A DNA stretch of 64,000 nt, from positions 128,001-192,000 of the forward strand of contig JBBRLX010000004.1 of the NCBI GenBank assembly GCA_038231135.1. Reading direction: 5' to 3'. Both the position numbers and the translations under genes were made by a program. Position 1 is the stretch's first letter, and every line of letters begins with the position of its first letter. The notes below the pieces were generated by a model. The model was not told where the DNA came from, did not search any database, and saw nothing but the letters and a program-made list of their open reading frames with translations. Shown here piece by piece: positions 19,267-34,186 of the stretch. The stretch is from Candidatus Eiseniibacteriota bacterium (GTDB lineage Bacteria > Eisenbacteria > RBG-16-71-46).

Positions 19267-21865
19267 CGAGGGTTTCCGGGTCGAAGGTCGACTTGCACTG
19301 CAGGCAGCGCAACACCAGGCCCTTCTTCGTCTCCTTCTCGACCAGGAACGGCGCGGCGCAGCTCGGACACGGCGTCTCGCGCGGCCGGTCCCACGCGGCG
19401 AACGTGCATTCCGGGTAGCGCGTGCAGCCGAAGAATATCTTGCCGCGCTTGGTGCGCCGCTCGGCGATCTCGCCGATGCCGCATTCGGGGCACTTGATGC
19501 CGAGCGTGAACGGCTTCGTGAACTTGCACTCCGGCCGGCGCGAGCACGAGATGAACCGTCCGAACGGCCCGTTGCGCGACACCAGCGGCGAGCCGCACAG
19601 CTCGCACGCGCCGTCCACCGGCGTCGGCAGCTCGGCGTCGTCCACCGGTCGCGTGTACTTGCATTCGGGGTAGCCGGGACACGCGAGGAACGGACCGCGG
19701 CGGCCGAACTTCTTCACCAGCTTGCGGCCGCAGATCGGACACTCGATCTCGGTGGCCTCCTCGACCTTCTCGCGATGCTGCTTGCTGGATTTCTCCGCGG
19801 CCGCGAGGTCCTTGCTGAACGGGCCCCAGAAGTTGTGCACCACGCGGTGCCACTCCTGCTTGCCCTCTTCGATCCCGTCGAGCTCCTCCTCCATGCCGGC
19901 GGTGAACTTGACGTTGAAGATGTCGGGGAACGTGTCGACAAGCAGGCGGTTCACAGCCATCCCCAGATCGGTCGGCATCAGCCGGCCCTTCTCGCGCAGC
20001 ACGTAGGTGCGCGATGTGATCGTGGTGACGATCGACGCGTAGGTGCTCGGGCGGCCGATGTTCTCCTCTTCGAGCGTCTTCACCAGCGTCGCCTCCGAGT
20101 AGCGCGGCGGCGGCTGCGTGAAGTGCTGCTCCGGGCGCACGATCTCGATCGCCTCGCCCGCGGCCGGCGCGGCCACCGGTTCCGCCGCGAGCGCCAGCGC
20201 CTGTCCCGCCAAGAGCTCGGGAATGCGCGATTCGGTTGCGTCGTCGTCCTCGTCGATGCCGTAGAGCTTCTGGAACCCCGGGAACTTGAGCACGCGGCCG
20301 CTGGTGCGCAGCCCGAGCCGTCCGGCCTCGATCTCGACCGTGGTCGCCAGGTACTCGGCCGACGCGGTCTGCGACGCCACCGCGCGCTTCCAGATCAGGT
20401 CGTAGAGCCGGAACTGCTCGTCCGTGAGGAACGCGCGCAGCGAATCGGGCGTGCGGTCGATCGCGGTCGGCCGCACGGCTTCGTGCGCGTCCTGCGCGGA
20501 CTTCTTGCCCTTGAACACGCGCGGAGCCTCGGGCACGTAGTCGGGACCGAGCTGGCCGTGGAGCCACTCGCGGATCGCGCCGATCGCCTCGCCCGCCAGC
20601 CGCGGCGAATCGGTACGCATATAGGTGATGAGGCCGACGGAGCCCTGCGGTCCCACGCCCACGCCTTCGTAGAGCTGCTGCGCGAGCGCCATGGTGCGCT
20701 GGCTGCCGTAGCCGAGGCGGTTGAACGCGGTCTGCTGCAGCGTGCTGGTGATGAACGGCGCGCGCGGATGGACGAACCGCGGTGCGCTGTCGACGGTCGC
20801 GACGCGCGCCGGCGAGCGGCGCAGCTCGTCGGCCAGCGACCGGGCACGGTCGCCCGCGGCGTCGCCGCGCAGCTGGCCCTGCTCGAGCTCGGCCTTGTCC
20901 TCGCGCACCAGCCGGGCGGTGAACCGCTCCCCGGCCTCGGTCTGGTAGTCGACCTCGAGCGTCCAGTACTCCTCGGGCACGAACGCGAGGATCGCCTCTT
21001 CGCGCTCGCAGATCAGCCGCAGCGCCACACTCTGCACGCGGCCCGCCGACAGTCCGTAGCGGACCGTGCGCCACACGAACGGGCTCACCTTGTAGCCCAC
21101 CAGCCGGTCGAGCACGCGCCGCGCCTGCTGCGCGTTCACGAGATTCATGTCCAGCTCGCGCGGCGATTCGATCGCCAGCTTCACGGCGCGTTCGGTGATC
21201 TCGTTGAACGTGAGCCGCTGGATCGGACGCTTCATGTCCGCGAGCGCACCCGCCAGGTGCCACGCAATCGCCTCGCCCTCGCGGTCGGGGTCGGGCGCCA
21301 GGTAGATGTGCGCGGCATCGCGGGCGGCGATCTTGATCTTGGCCAGCGCGTTCGTCTTGGTGCGGATCGGCACGTACTCCGGCTCGAAGTCGTTGTCGAG
21401 GTCCACGCCCAGTTTGCTCTTGGGCAGGTCCATGATGTGGCCGTTCGAGGCGATCACCATGAAGTTCTTGCCCAGGAACTTGGTCAGCGTGCGCGACTTG
21501 GTGGGCGACTCGACGATCAGCAGGTTCCTGCCGTTCGCGCTGGCCCCGGTGCCGGGCTCCGCCTTGGCGCGCGTCGACTTCTTCTTCCCCGGCGTCACGA
21601 CGTCGCCGTCGGCTGCCGGCCTGGCGGCACGCTTCCGAGCCGCGCCCGGCTGCTTCGCGGATATCTTGAGAGTTGGAGTCGGAGTCGCAGCCGCTGTCGT
21701 CTCGCCGGCGTCCCCGCCGGCTTCCCGCTTCGCCGCCTTGCGAACCGCCGCCTTCGCGCGGGCCGGCTTCGCCACCACTGCGGGCACGCTGACGCCCGTC
21801 GCGGCTTCGTCACCAGCCGCCAACGGGGCCTGGACCTTCTTAGTGCGCGAGTTCGTGGTCGCCAC
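19250..21865 (-). CDS. topA: DNA topoisomerase I with N-terminal Lys/Ala-rich extension and C-terminal Zn ribbons
   Basis: IVESPTK, PDPDREGEAI, SAGRVQS, LITYMRTDS, AQDAHEAVRPT, IGRPSTY and C4 Zn-ribbon repeats. GTG 21865 follows GGAGG. Confidence 0.97.
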   Translation of the reverse strand: MATTNSRTKKVQAPLAAGDEAATGVSVPAVVAKPARAKAAVRKAAKREAGGDAGETTAAATPTPTLKISAKQPGAARKRAARPAADGDVVTPGKKKSTRAKAEPGTGASANGRNLLIVESPTKSRTLTKFLGKNFMVIASNGHIMDLPKSKLGVDLDNDFEPEYVPIRTKTNALAKIKIAARDAAHIYLAPDPDREGEAIAWHLAGALADMKRPIQRLTFNEITERAVKLAIESPRELDMNLVNAQQARRVLDRLVGYKVSPFVWRTVRYGLSAGRVQSVALRLICEREEAILAFVPEEYWTLEVDYQTEAGERFTARLVREDKAELEQGQLRGDAAGDRARSLADELRRSPARVATVDSAPRFVHPRAPFITSTLQQTAFNRLGYGSQRTMALAQQLYEGVGVGPQGSVGLITYMRTDSPRLAGEAIGAIREWLHGQLGPDYVPEAPRVFKGKKSAQDAHEAVRPTAIDRTPDSLRAFLTDEQFRLYDLIWKRAVASQTASAEYLATTVEIEAGRLGLRTSGRVLKFPGFQKLYGIDEDDDATESRIPELLAGQALALAAEPVAAPAAGEAIEIVRPEQHFTQPPPRYSEATLVKTLEEENIGRPSTYASIVTTITSRTYVLREKGRLMPTDLGMAVNRLLVDTFPDIFNVKFTAGMEEELDGIEEGKQEWHRVVHNFWGPFSKDLAAAEKSSKQHREKVEEATEIECPICGRKLVKKFGRRGPFLACPGYPECKYTRPVDDAELPTPVDGACELCGSPLVSRNGPFGRFISCSRRPECKFTKPFTLGIKCPECGIGEIAERRTKRGKIFFGCTRYPECTFAAWDRPRETPCPSCAAPFLVEKETKKGLVLRCLQCKSTFDPETLGARSA

Positions 21866-22328
21866 GGTCGTCCTCCATCGTTGCATCGGGTGGTTCGACG
21901 CTCAGCGCCACGCGCGCCGCCAGCTCGCGTACCGCGTCGATTCCCACCGGCCGCGCCATCGACGTGGTGAGCACGTCGAGCACGCGTTCGAACTGTTCGG
22001 CATCGAGCGAGCCGCTGCGGCGCAGATCGAGCAGCAGCCCCCACGACTCGGGGGTCAGTGAATCGCGCTCGTCCTCGCTCCAGATCCTGCTGGCGTGCTT
22101 GCCGGGCGTGCTCTCGACGCTGGCATGCGAGAAGCCGCCGATCGAGCCCGTCAGGCTGCGCAGCACCAGCAGTGTGGCGTGGATCTCGTCGGAGCCGAAG
22201 CGCTCCTCCTCGATCGCCTCGCCGATCGTCTCGAACGCCAGGTCGTCGCCCTCGAGAAACGCCTCCAGGCGGTCCCCGAGCAGCCGGAGCAGTCGCTGGA
22301 CGGCTTCGTGCGGTTGGTCTTCGGTCAT
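21840..22328 (-). CDS. smg: Smg/DUF494-family protein
   Basis: RIWSEDERDSLTPESWGLLLDLRRSGSLDAEQFERVLD matches the Smg pattern, and the gene sits in the usual position upstream of topA. Confidence 0.75.
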   Translation of the reverse strand: MTEDQPHEAVQRLLRLLGDRLEAFLEGDDLAFETIGEAIEEERFGSDEIHATLLVLRSLTGSIGGFSHASVESTPGKHASRIWSEDERDSLTPESWGLLLDLRRSGSLDAEQFERVLDVLTTSMARPVGIDAVRELAARVALSVEPPDATMEDDRGDHELAH

Positions 22329-22338
22329 GTCGTGACCC

Positions 22339-25332
<2,994 letters not shown>

Positions 25333-25451
25333 GGCCCTCAGAATAGATGTCGTGTCAAGCCGGAGGGATCACGGCCGGGGAGCCGGCCGGGGCAAAGCAC
25401 CGCGGCCCGATGCTTTTGCCACCGGGCCGCGGGCACTCCGGGAATGACGTG

Positions 25452-25655
25452 TCAAAGCACTCGAATCACGTTCGCTGCTTCGGATCCTTTATCGCTCTGC
25501 TTGATGTCGAACTCCACCACCTCGCCCTCGTGCAACGTCCGAAAGCCGTTGCCTTCGATGGCGGAGTGATGCACGAACACGCTCTCTGCTTCCGCGGCCG
25601 AAATGAACCCGTAACCCTTGCGGTCACTGAACCACTTGACGGTTCCACGCGCCAT
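25452..25655 (-). CDS. Cold-shock domain protein
   Basis: GTVKWF..KGYGFI, VFVHHSAI, GF.TL.EG; GGAGGAG RBS. Confidence 0.96.
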   Translation of the reverse strand: MARGTVKWFSDRKGYGFISAAEAESVFVHHSAIEGNGFRTLHEGEVVEFDIKQSDKGSEAANVIRVL

Positions 25656-25813
25656 GGGTGCTCCTCCATGAAGTGCAAAGGTCCTAGGCCCGGAGGTGGC
25701 GACAGGTTGAGCCTCTCGAGGCGGACGGTCAAGGGGTTTGAGATGCGGGCTTGGGACCGTTCGACGTCACGCCGATGTCAGGCCGTTCGGGCGCCGAGGG
25801 TTACCGTGCGTCG

Positions 25814-26737
25814 TCAGCCCTGGGTGCCGGTTCTCGGGTTGCGGGCCTCGTGGGTGCGCAGCAGCGTGTGCGCCTCGAGATTCTCCGGCTCGTGTTCGAG
25901 CACCAGCGCCACCTGATCGAGCGCCGCCGCGGTCATCCCGGCGGCATCGAGCGCGAGCGCGAACTGGACGCGGGCGGCGTGCAGGTCGGGGTGCAGCTCG
26001 AGCGCGCGGGCGAGCGACGCGATCGCGTCGTCCAGGTGCCCCAGCCGCAGCTCGGCGGTGCCCAGCAGGAAGTGCAGGTCGGGATAGCTCTCGTGGCGCG
26101 GCAGCACTTCGCGCAGCACCACAGCGGCCTCGGCCGGCTGGTTCTGCTGGAGCAGCGCATGGAACCGCTCGAGCCGGTCCGCCAGCCCGGCGTTCCCCAG
26201 ATGGAGCCCGCGACGGATCAGCGCGTCGGCGCCGTCCCAATCGGCGTGCTCGAGCCGCGCCAGGCCCTGCGCGAACGCCCGCGGATCCTCGACCGGCACT
26301 CCGGCGCCCAGCGTGCGCAGCGCCGCCAGCGATTCGCCGATCATGCCGTCGCGGGCGTCGAGCAGCGCGAGCTCGACACGCGCCTCGACGTACGCCGGGT
26401 TGATCGTGATCGCCTGCTCGAGCGCCCGGCGCGCCTCCCGTCCCCGGTCGGTGCGGAGCAGCGCGCACGCGTGCTGATATTGCAGGTCGGCGAACCGCGG
26501 CTTGAGCCGGACTGCCGCGCCGAGCGCCCGTTCGGCGGCAGCGGCATCGTCCGCACGCAGCGCCTCCCGCGCGATCGCGGCCCACGCCAGCGCGGCCGGC
26601 GTCGCGAGCGACTCGAAAGGTCCCGCCTGCAGTACACGCTCGACGAGCACGTGGGCATCGGAAAACCGGCGCTGGCGCGCGAGCTGAAGCGCGGGCTCGA
26701 ATTCGGAGGTCGGAGTCGGAACGGGTCGCGGGCTCAT
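25814..26737 (-). CDS. Tetratricopeptide-repeat protein
   Basis: Repeated A..L.P.(F/Y)ADL TPR patterns (LKPRFADLQY, INPAYVEAR, YPDLHFLLG, LHPDLHAAR). Confidence 0.85.
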   Translation of the reverse strand: MSPRPVPTPTSEFEPALQLARQRRFSDAHVLVERVLQAGPFESLATPAALAWAAIAREALRADDAAAAERALGAAVRLKPRFADLQYQHACALLRTDRGREARRALEQAITINPAYVEARVELALLDARDGMIGESLAALRTLGAGVPVEDPRAFAQGLARLEHADWDGADALIRRGLHLGNAGLADRLERFHALLQQNQPAEAAVVLREVLPRHESYPDLHFLLGTAELRLGHLDDAIASLARALELHPDLHAARVQFALALDAAGMTAAALDQVALVLEHEPENLEAHTLLRTHEARNPRTGTQG

Positions 26738-26769
26738 GATGTCCTCTCAGGCTGCTGAAACAGCCTGAT

Positions 26770-27399
26770 TTACATGGGTCCTAGTAATCGCATGGCGTAC
26801 CCGGAGAACAGCGTGATCCCCAGGTTGTCGTCCAGAGGTATCGGCAGGAACTCCGACAAACTTGCGACCAGCGCGCCGGTGAGCGCCACCGGCCAGGTCA
26901 GATAGCCGCCCGCGACCAGTGTGGCCGACCACAGCACGCAGGCCAGGAATCCGCCGAGCGCCCCCTCCAGCGACTTACCGAAGAACCGGGTGCGGCCGTA
27001 GGCGCGCCCCACGATCGCCGCCAGGCCGTCGCCGAGCACGGTGAACCCGATCGCGGCCGCGGCGATCGGCCGTGGGAACAGGTCCACCGCGAGCAGTGTC
27101 GCCAGCAGCAGGTACGTGGATCCCAGGAGCTGGGTCTCCTCGTGCCGGCGGATCAATTCGCCGAACAGCTGCCGGAAGAACTCCCGGAACCGGTCGTCGT
27201 GAATGCGCATGAGGTCGAGCGTCATCGCCACCACCACCATCAGCACCAGCAGCGCGGTCCACTCGCCACGCGTACGCGGCCACGCGAGCCACGGGTGCAG
27301 CAGCGCAAACGGCACCACCACGAACGCGAGGTGGATCGCCTTGCGGCGGATCTCCGCGCGCAGCGCGTGCGACGGCAGGAGCGGGCCGGCCGGTGTCAC
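26770..27399 (-). CDS. Phytol/dolichol kinase-like (CTP_transf_1) membrane protein
   Basis: GTG overlaps the upstream stop. RRKAIHL, GDGLAAIVG, KSLEG and PLDDNL motifs; multiple TM helices. Confidence 0.85.
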   Translation of the reverse strand: MTPAGPLLPSHALRAEIRRKAIHLAFVVVPFALLHPWLAWPRTRGEWTALLVLMVVVAMTLDLMRIHDDRFREFFRQLFGELIRRHEETQLLGSTYLLLATLLAVDLFPRPIAAAAIGFTVLGDGLAAIVGRAYGRTRFFGKSLEGALGGFLACVLWSATLVAGGYLTWPVALTGALVASLSEFLPIPLDDNLGITLFSGYAMRLLGPM

Positions 27400-28280
27400 G
27401 AGCCGGACTCCCGGCGCCGGGCCGCGATCGTGAAGTACGCCCCGCGCGCGCCCGCGACCCGTTGCAGGCGATCGTCCCACGCGCGGAACCAGCGTGCCGC
27501 CGCGTGGCGCAGCGGTCCCAGCCTGAGCTTGGGAGCCAGGTACCAGAAGAACGGCAGGAACTCGCGATGCTCGATCACCTCGAACCGCCGCGCGATCGCG
27601 GGCACGATCGACTCCTGCGAGATGCCCTCGAACGGCGACGCATCGTGGAGCGGCGCGCCCGTGCCGCGCGCCAGCGCCGCGCGCTTGTCGCGTTCGGTGG
27701 CGAAGAACGCGCCGAGCCGCCTCCGCAGCGCCCACTTGCGGCGGTACGGCAGGTAGGTCGGGAACACCGCGAGCACGGCGGCCGCCCCGACGCGCGCCAC
27801 GCGGCCGAGGCCCGCATAGTCGAGCACCAGCAGCGTCCCTCCCGGCTTCAGCACCCGCTCCACGCGCCCGAGCAGCGCATCCAGCTCGAGGATGTGATGC
27901 AGCGCGTCGTGCGCCACCACGCCGTCGAACGGTCCGGCCGGCAACTCCATGTAGTTGAGGTCGCCGGCGACGAACGCGGGCCCCCCGCCGCCGGTCACGC
28001 GCGCGCGCGCCGCGGCGATCCGCTCGGGACTCAGATCGATCGCGGTCACGTCGCGGCCGCGCCGCGCCAGCTCGAGCGCCAGATCGCCCTCGCCGCATCC
28101 GAGTTCGAGCAGCCGCGGCCCGAGCGTCGCGGCGCGCGCGACGAACCACCGCTCCTCGGCGCCGAAGAACAGCTCCTGCAGCACCGGGTCGTCCCAGATC
28201 TGCGGATTCTCGGGATCGTGCGTGACCGATCCCCAGTGGGCGGCCTCGCGGCGCGCGAGCTGAGCGTAGCGTTCGTCCAC
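27396..28280 (-). CDS. Class I SAM-dependent methyltransferase
   Basis: LLELGCGEG, IDLS, FDGVVAHDALHH, VLKPGG. Start refined to GTG 28280. Confidence 0.9.
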   Translation of the reverse strand: MDERYAQLARREAAHWGSVTHDPENPQIWDDPVLQELFFGAEERWFVARAATLGPRLLELGCGEGDLALELARRGRDVTAIDLSPERIAAARARVTGGGGPAFVAGDLNYMELPAGPFDGVVAHDALHHILELDALLGRVERVLKPGGTLLVLDYAGLGRVARVGAAAVLAVFPTYLPYRRKWALRRRLGAFFATERDKRAALARGTGAPLHDASPFEGISQESIVPAIARRFEVIEHREFLPFFWYLAPKLRLGPLRHAAARWFRAWDDRLQRVAGARGAYFTIAARRRESGS

Positions 28281-28287
28281 GAGTGTC

Positions 28288-30617
28288 CTATTCGCGCCGC
28301 GGGCGCATCTCGCCCACGGCCTGGCGCAGGCCGAGGATGATCTGCACGTAGTCATGCGCCTGACCGTACCCGATCAGCTCGCACGCCAAAGCCTCGCCCC
28401 CGGGGTCCGGCAGGCGCGCCGCCCAGCGCAGGGCCGGCGTGGGACCGGCATTGTACGCCGCGAGCGCCATCGCGGGCCGCAGGTCGAAGCGTTGCAGCAG
28501 GCGGCCGAGATAGCCGGCGCCCAGCCTGAGGTTGAGCGCGGGATCGAACAGGTCCTCTGCATCCGGCACCGGCAGCCGCAACAGCCGCGCCTGCTCGACG
28601 GCGGTCGCCAGCTTGAGCTGCATCAGCCCCCGCGCGTCGCTGCGCGATCGCGCCAGCGGATCGAACTTGCTCTCCTGCCACACCACTCCATAGATCAGGC
28701 CGCGATCCGGACGGAACGGCGCCATCCGCAGCATGCCCTCGCCGGGCGGCGGCGGCCGGTCCGGGCCCGTTCCCGGCAGGTCGCTCCAGTCGGCGCCGCC
28801 GGCGCTGACATCGAGCGCCGGCGGCACGATCCACGGCGTGACGCTCCAGCGCGTGAGCGGCGCGGAATCCGGCGCCGCCTCGAATGCGGCGCGCGCGTAC
28901 CGGATGCCCGTGGCCCAGCGGCCCGCTCCGTATGCGATCCGGGCGGCGGCCAGCAACTGGCGCCAGCGTGGCTCGCGGAGCGGCGCGATGCGAACGGGAC
29001 CGGGCTGCGTGTCCATTCCGGCGGGCGTCGTCGCGATTCTCCCGGCGCTGTCGGCCGCGGCGAACGCCGCCGGCGAATCGGGCAGCGGCGCGGCGAGGCG
29101 CGGGTCGCCCTGCGACCAGCGGTCGAGCACGCGGATCGCGTCGTCGCGGGCGCCGATCGCGAGCAGCAGCGACGCCAGCCGCACGCCGGGATCGGGCCGC
29201 GTCGCGGCGGCGGCGACCGTGTCGGGCCAGCCGGTAACGCCAAGCGTCTCGCGTGCCGCCATGCGATAGAACGCGTATCCCGGCTCGCGCGCGAGTTCGC
29301 GCAGCAGCGAATCCGCCGCCGCCCGCTCGTGCGGCCGGACCGTGACCGCGGTCCAGAACCGCCGCCCGTCGGGATCCGCGTTCCGCCACGCGGCCAGCGC
29401 GCCTTCGGCGTCGTGCTGCTGCAATCGGTGGATGCCGGCGCGCAACGCCGCCTCGGGAGCGTGCCGGGCGCCCAGCGCCGCGACGCGTTCCGCGGCCTCG
29501 AGCGCATCGTCCCAGCGATCGCCGTCCTCCGACTCGCGCAGCCGCTCCCACCACGCGATCTCGCGCACGCTGTCGGTGGTCGCGAGCGCGGCAGCGCGTG
29601 CCCAGGCCGCGAACGCCGCGTCGCGCTGCCCGGCGTCGCGCAGCACCCGCGCGCGCTCGAGCTCGACGGCGGCGCGGGTCGCCGAGTCAACCGCGGCGCG
29701 CGCCGCCGTGTCCAGCGCCAGCCGGGCGGCGGAGAATTCCTTCTGCATGCGGAGGATTTCGCCCCGGCGCAGCGCGAGTCGCGCGCGGTCCGGCGCGCCC
29801 GCGTCACGCTCGGCGCGCAGCAGGCGCGCGACCGCCGCCTGCCGGTCGCCGGTCAGGAACTCCACTTCGGCCGCGGCCCGTTCATCCGCCGGCGACGGTG
29901 GTTGGCCGCGTTCCTTCATCCACTGCTCGAGGTCGGTCAGCGCGCGCAGTGCGGGCGGCAGCGAGGGATAGCGGCGCACGGTCTGGCGCGCGAACTCGAT
30001 CGCCTGCGGGCCATCGCCGAGGCGCATCCGCAGCTCCGCGCGGCGCACCAGCCAGGACGACCGGTCGAGATCGGACCACGCGCCGCGATCGGTCGCGGCC
30101 AGCAGCGAATCCGCGCGCGCCGGGTCCCCCCGCAGCATCGCCAGGTCGGCGCGTCCGCGCAGCGCCTCATAGGTCCACGGGGTCCGGTCGGCCGCGAGCG
30201 CCGCCCACGCGCGGTCGGCGCCGAGCGTGTCGCCCGCGGCGAGCAGCAGCGGCGCGAGCCGCTCGAGTCCGTAGCCGCGCAGCTCGCGGTCGCCGAGCAG
30301 CGCGCCCCACGCGCGCAGCGTGTCGGCACGCCCGGGACCCGCGACCGCGAGTGCCCGGCGCAGCGAATCCACGGCCGGCGGCACGGGAATCGACGTCGTC
30401 GTCCACACCACGGCCCCGTCCGGCCCGACGCGATCGGGTCCGAACAGCCCCGCCGCCGCCGGCGCCACGGGCGGTGGCGAGCCCGTGAACACATCGGCCG
30501 CGCGCGTGGCCGGCGCGGGCGCGGGCGTCGCCGCTGCGGCCTGCGAGTCCACCCCGCGCGCGGGCACGGCGCCGCACGCCAGCAGCAGCGCCAGCGCACG
30601 CACGCGCACGCCCCGCG

Positions 30618-30627
<10 letters not shown>
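28288..30627 (-). CDS. Soluble lytic murein transglycosylase with TPR-like helical N-terminus (Slt70-like)
   Basis: Signal peptide; C-terminal SLT motifs WQESKF, GLMQL, AYNAG. Confidence 0.88.
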
Positions 30628-32158
<1,531 letters not shown>

Positions 32159-32162
<4 letters not shown>

Positions 32163-32596
32163 GCGCCTCCCGGCGGGAACAGCGTGACGTAGTCGGTCTC
32201 CGAACGGTCGAAGCGGCCGTTCGACATCGATACCACCTCCACGACGCCGGCGCCGGCGTTGCGGAACGCGTGCAGCGTGCCCGGCTCGATGCGCGTGATG
32301 AATCCGCCCGCGCCGTCGAAGCGCCGCTGCTCCTGCGCCTCGCCGCCAGGCGCGCGCCACGCCACCTCCACCGCTCCTTCATAGTGGACGAACGCCACCT
32401 CGCGGCGCGCGGCATGGCGATGGTTGCCGCGCACCTGCCCCGGCCGGATGCCGACGACGTGCACTTCGACGATCGCGCCCAGCCACGCGAGCGTGTCGTC
32501 GTCGAAGAAGAACGCGGCGCCGCGGCCGTCGTCCTTGTCCGGCAGGTGCAGGAACCGCAGCGGCGCCCGGGGATCGAGTTCGGCCGGCGGGCTCAA
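32159..32596 (-). CDS. Cupin-domain protein (QdtA/WxcM/CapF-cupin-like)
   Basis: TTG overlaps the purH stop and its own stop overlaps the guaA start. Motifs D.RG, PGQVRGNHRH…E, PGTLHAFRN. Confidence 0.75.
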
Positions 32597-34179
32597 TGCC
32601 GGAACTCCCGGCGGCCGGTGACCAGCATCGCGATCCCATGCCCATCGCACGCCGCGATCACCTCGGCATCCTTCACCGAGCCGCCAGGCTGGACGATCGC
32701 CGTGATTCCGGCCGCGGCGGCATGATCGACGTTGTCGGGGAACGGCAGGAACGCATCGCTCGCGAGCGACGCGCCACCGAGCTCGTGGCCCGCGCGGCGG
32801 GCCTTGAGGATCGCGACATCCACCGCGTCCACGCGGCTCGTCTGGCCGGAACCCAGCCCCAGGAGCTCGGTGCCGCGCGCGATCGCGATCGCGTTGGACC
32901 GCGCGACCGCGACCACGTCCCACGCGAACCGCAGCGCCCCAAGCTCGGCAGCCTGCGGCGCGCGCCGGGTGACGCAGCGCCAGTCGGGCGCGGCGTCGCC
33001 GGCATCGCGCTGCGCCAGCGCCCACGGTCCCACCCGGCGCACCTCGAGGCCCCCCGGCGGTCGCGCGTCCCCGGGCGCCAGCGTCACCAGCCGGAGGTTT
33101 CGCCGGACTTCGAGCACTGCGATCGCGCCGGCGTCGTAGCCGGGCGCGACCACGCATTCGAGGAACACCCCCGCCATGCGCGCCGCCGTCGCCGAGTCCA
33201 GCGCGCGATTGAACGCCACGATGCCGCCGAACGCGGACTGGGGATCGGTCTCGAGCGCCGCGTCCCACGCCGCCGCCAGCGTCGCGGCGCGGGCGGCGCC
33301 GCACGGCTGCGTGTGCTTCACGATCACGCACGCCGGCGTGTCCGCCCAGCGATACGCCAGTCCGGCCGCGGCCTCGACGTCGAGCAGATTGTTGAACGAC
33401 AACTCGCGCACCTCGCGCCGTGCATCCAGCCCCGCCCCGCGGCCGGCGCGCTCGTACAGCGCGGCGCGCTGGTGCGGGTTCTCGCCGTACCGCAGTCCGC
33501 GCACCCGCTCGAACGCCTCGACGATCACCGGCGGCAGCGCCTCGCCCCCGCGCCGCGACAGCTCGGACGCGATCGCGGCGTCGTATCCGGCGGTGCGCGC
33601 GAACGCCGCCGCGGCCCAGTCGCGCCGTTCGGCGGGCGTGACGCCGCGCTCGAGCCCCAGGAGCACGGCCGGGTACTGCGACGGGTCGTGCACCACGATC
33701 ACGCCCGCGAAGTTCTTCGCCGCCGCGCGCAGCAGCGCGACGCCGCCGACGTCGATCTCCTCGATCGCCGCGGGCTCGTCGAGCGCGGCCGCGCGCGTCT
33801 CGAACGGATACAGCGACACGGCGACGAGATCGATCGGATCGAGTCCGCGCTCCCGCAGCGTGGCCATGTCCCCGGCCTGGTCGCGGCGCGCGAGGATCGG
33901 CGCGTGGATGCTGGGATGCAGCGTCTTCACGCGGCCGCCGAGCAGCTCGGGCACGCCGGTCCAGTCCGCGACGTCCGTCACCCCGAGGCCCGCCGCGCGC
34001 AGGTGCCGGGCGGTGCCGCCGGACGCCAGCAGGCGGGTGCCGCGGGCAGCGAGCGCTGCCGCGAACTCCTGGGCGCCGCCCAGGTCCGACAGCGACAGCA
34101 GCGCCACGCGCGGCCAGCCGTGCGGCGGGACCGGGCTCAGATCACGTCCCGGCGGCGGGTGGACCCAGGTCGGGCGCAA
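32593..34179 (-). CDS. purH: Bifunctional AICAR transformylase/IMP cyclohydrolase
   Basis: GGRVKTLHP, EEIDVGG, RAAAKNF, LRYGENPHQ, SDAF.PF.D, QPGGSVKD, R.FRH. Start uncertain. Confidence 0.96.
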   Translation of the reverse strand: MRPTWVHPPPGRDLSPVPPHGWPRVALLSLSDLGGAQEFAAALAARGTRLLASGGTARHLRAAGLGVTDVADWTGVPELLGGRVKTLHPSIHAPILARRDQAGDMATLRERGLDPIDLVAVSLYPFETRAAALDEPAAIEEIDVGGVALLRAAAKNFAGVIVVHDPSQYPAVLLGLERGVTPAERRDWAAAAFARTAGYDAAIASELSRRGGEALPPVIVEAFERVRGLRYGENPHQRAALYERAGRGAGLDARREVRELSFNNLLDVEAAAGLAYRWADTPACVIVKHTQPCGAARAATLAAAWDAALETDPQSAFGGIVAFNRALDSATAARMAGVFLECVVAPGYDAGAIAVLEVRRNLRLVTLAPGDARPPGGLEVRRVGPWALAQRDAGDAAPDWRCVTRRAPQAAELGALRFAWDVVAVARSNAIAIARGTELLGLGSGQTSRVDAVDVAILKARRAGHELGGASLASDAFLPFPDNVDHAAAAGITAIVQPGGSVKDAEVIAACDGHGIAMLVTGRREFRH

Positions 34180-34186
34180 TGGCCGC

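Noticed and set aside
26747..26768. TCAGGCTG/CAGCCTGA hairpin as a terminator
   Set aside because: It has only an 8-bp stem, no U-tract on the coding strand, and abuts the RBS of the next co-oriented gene; too weak to call.
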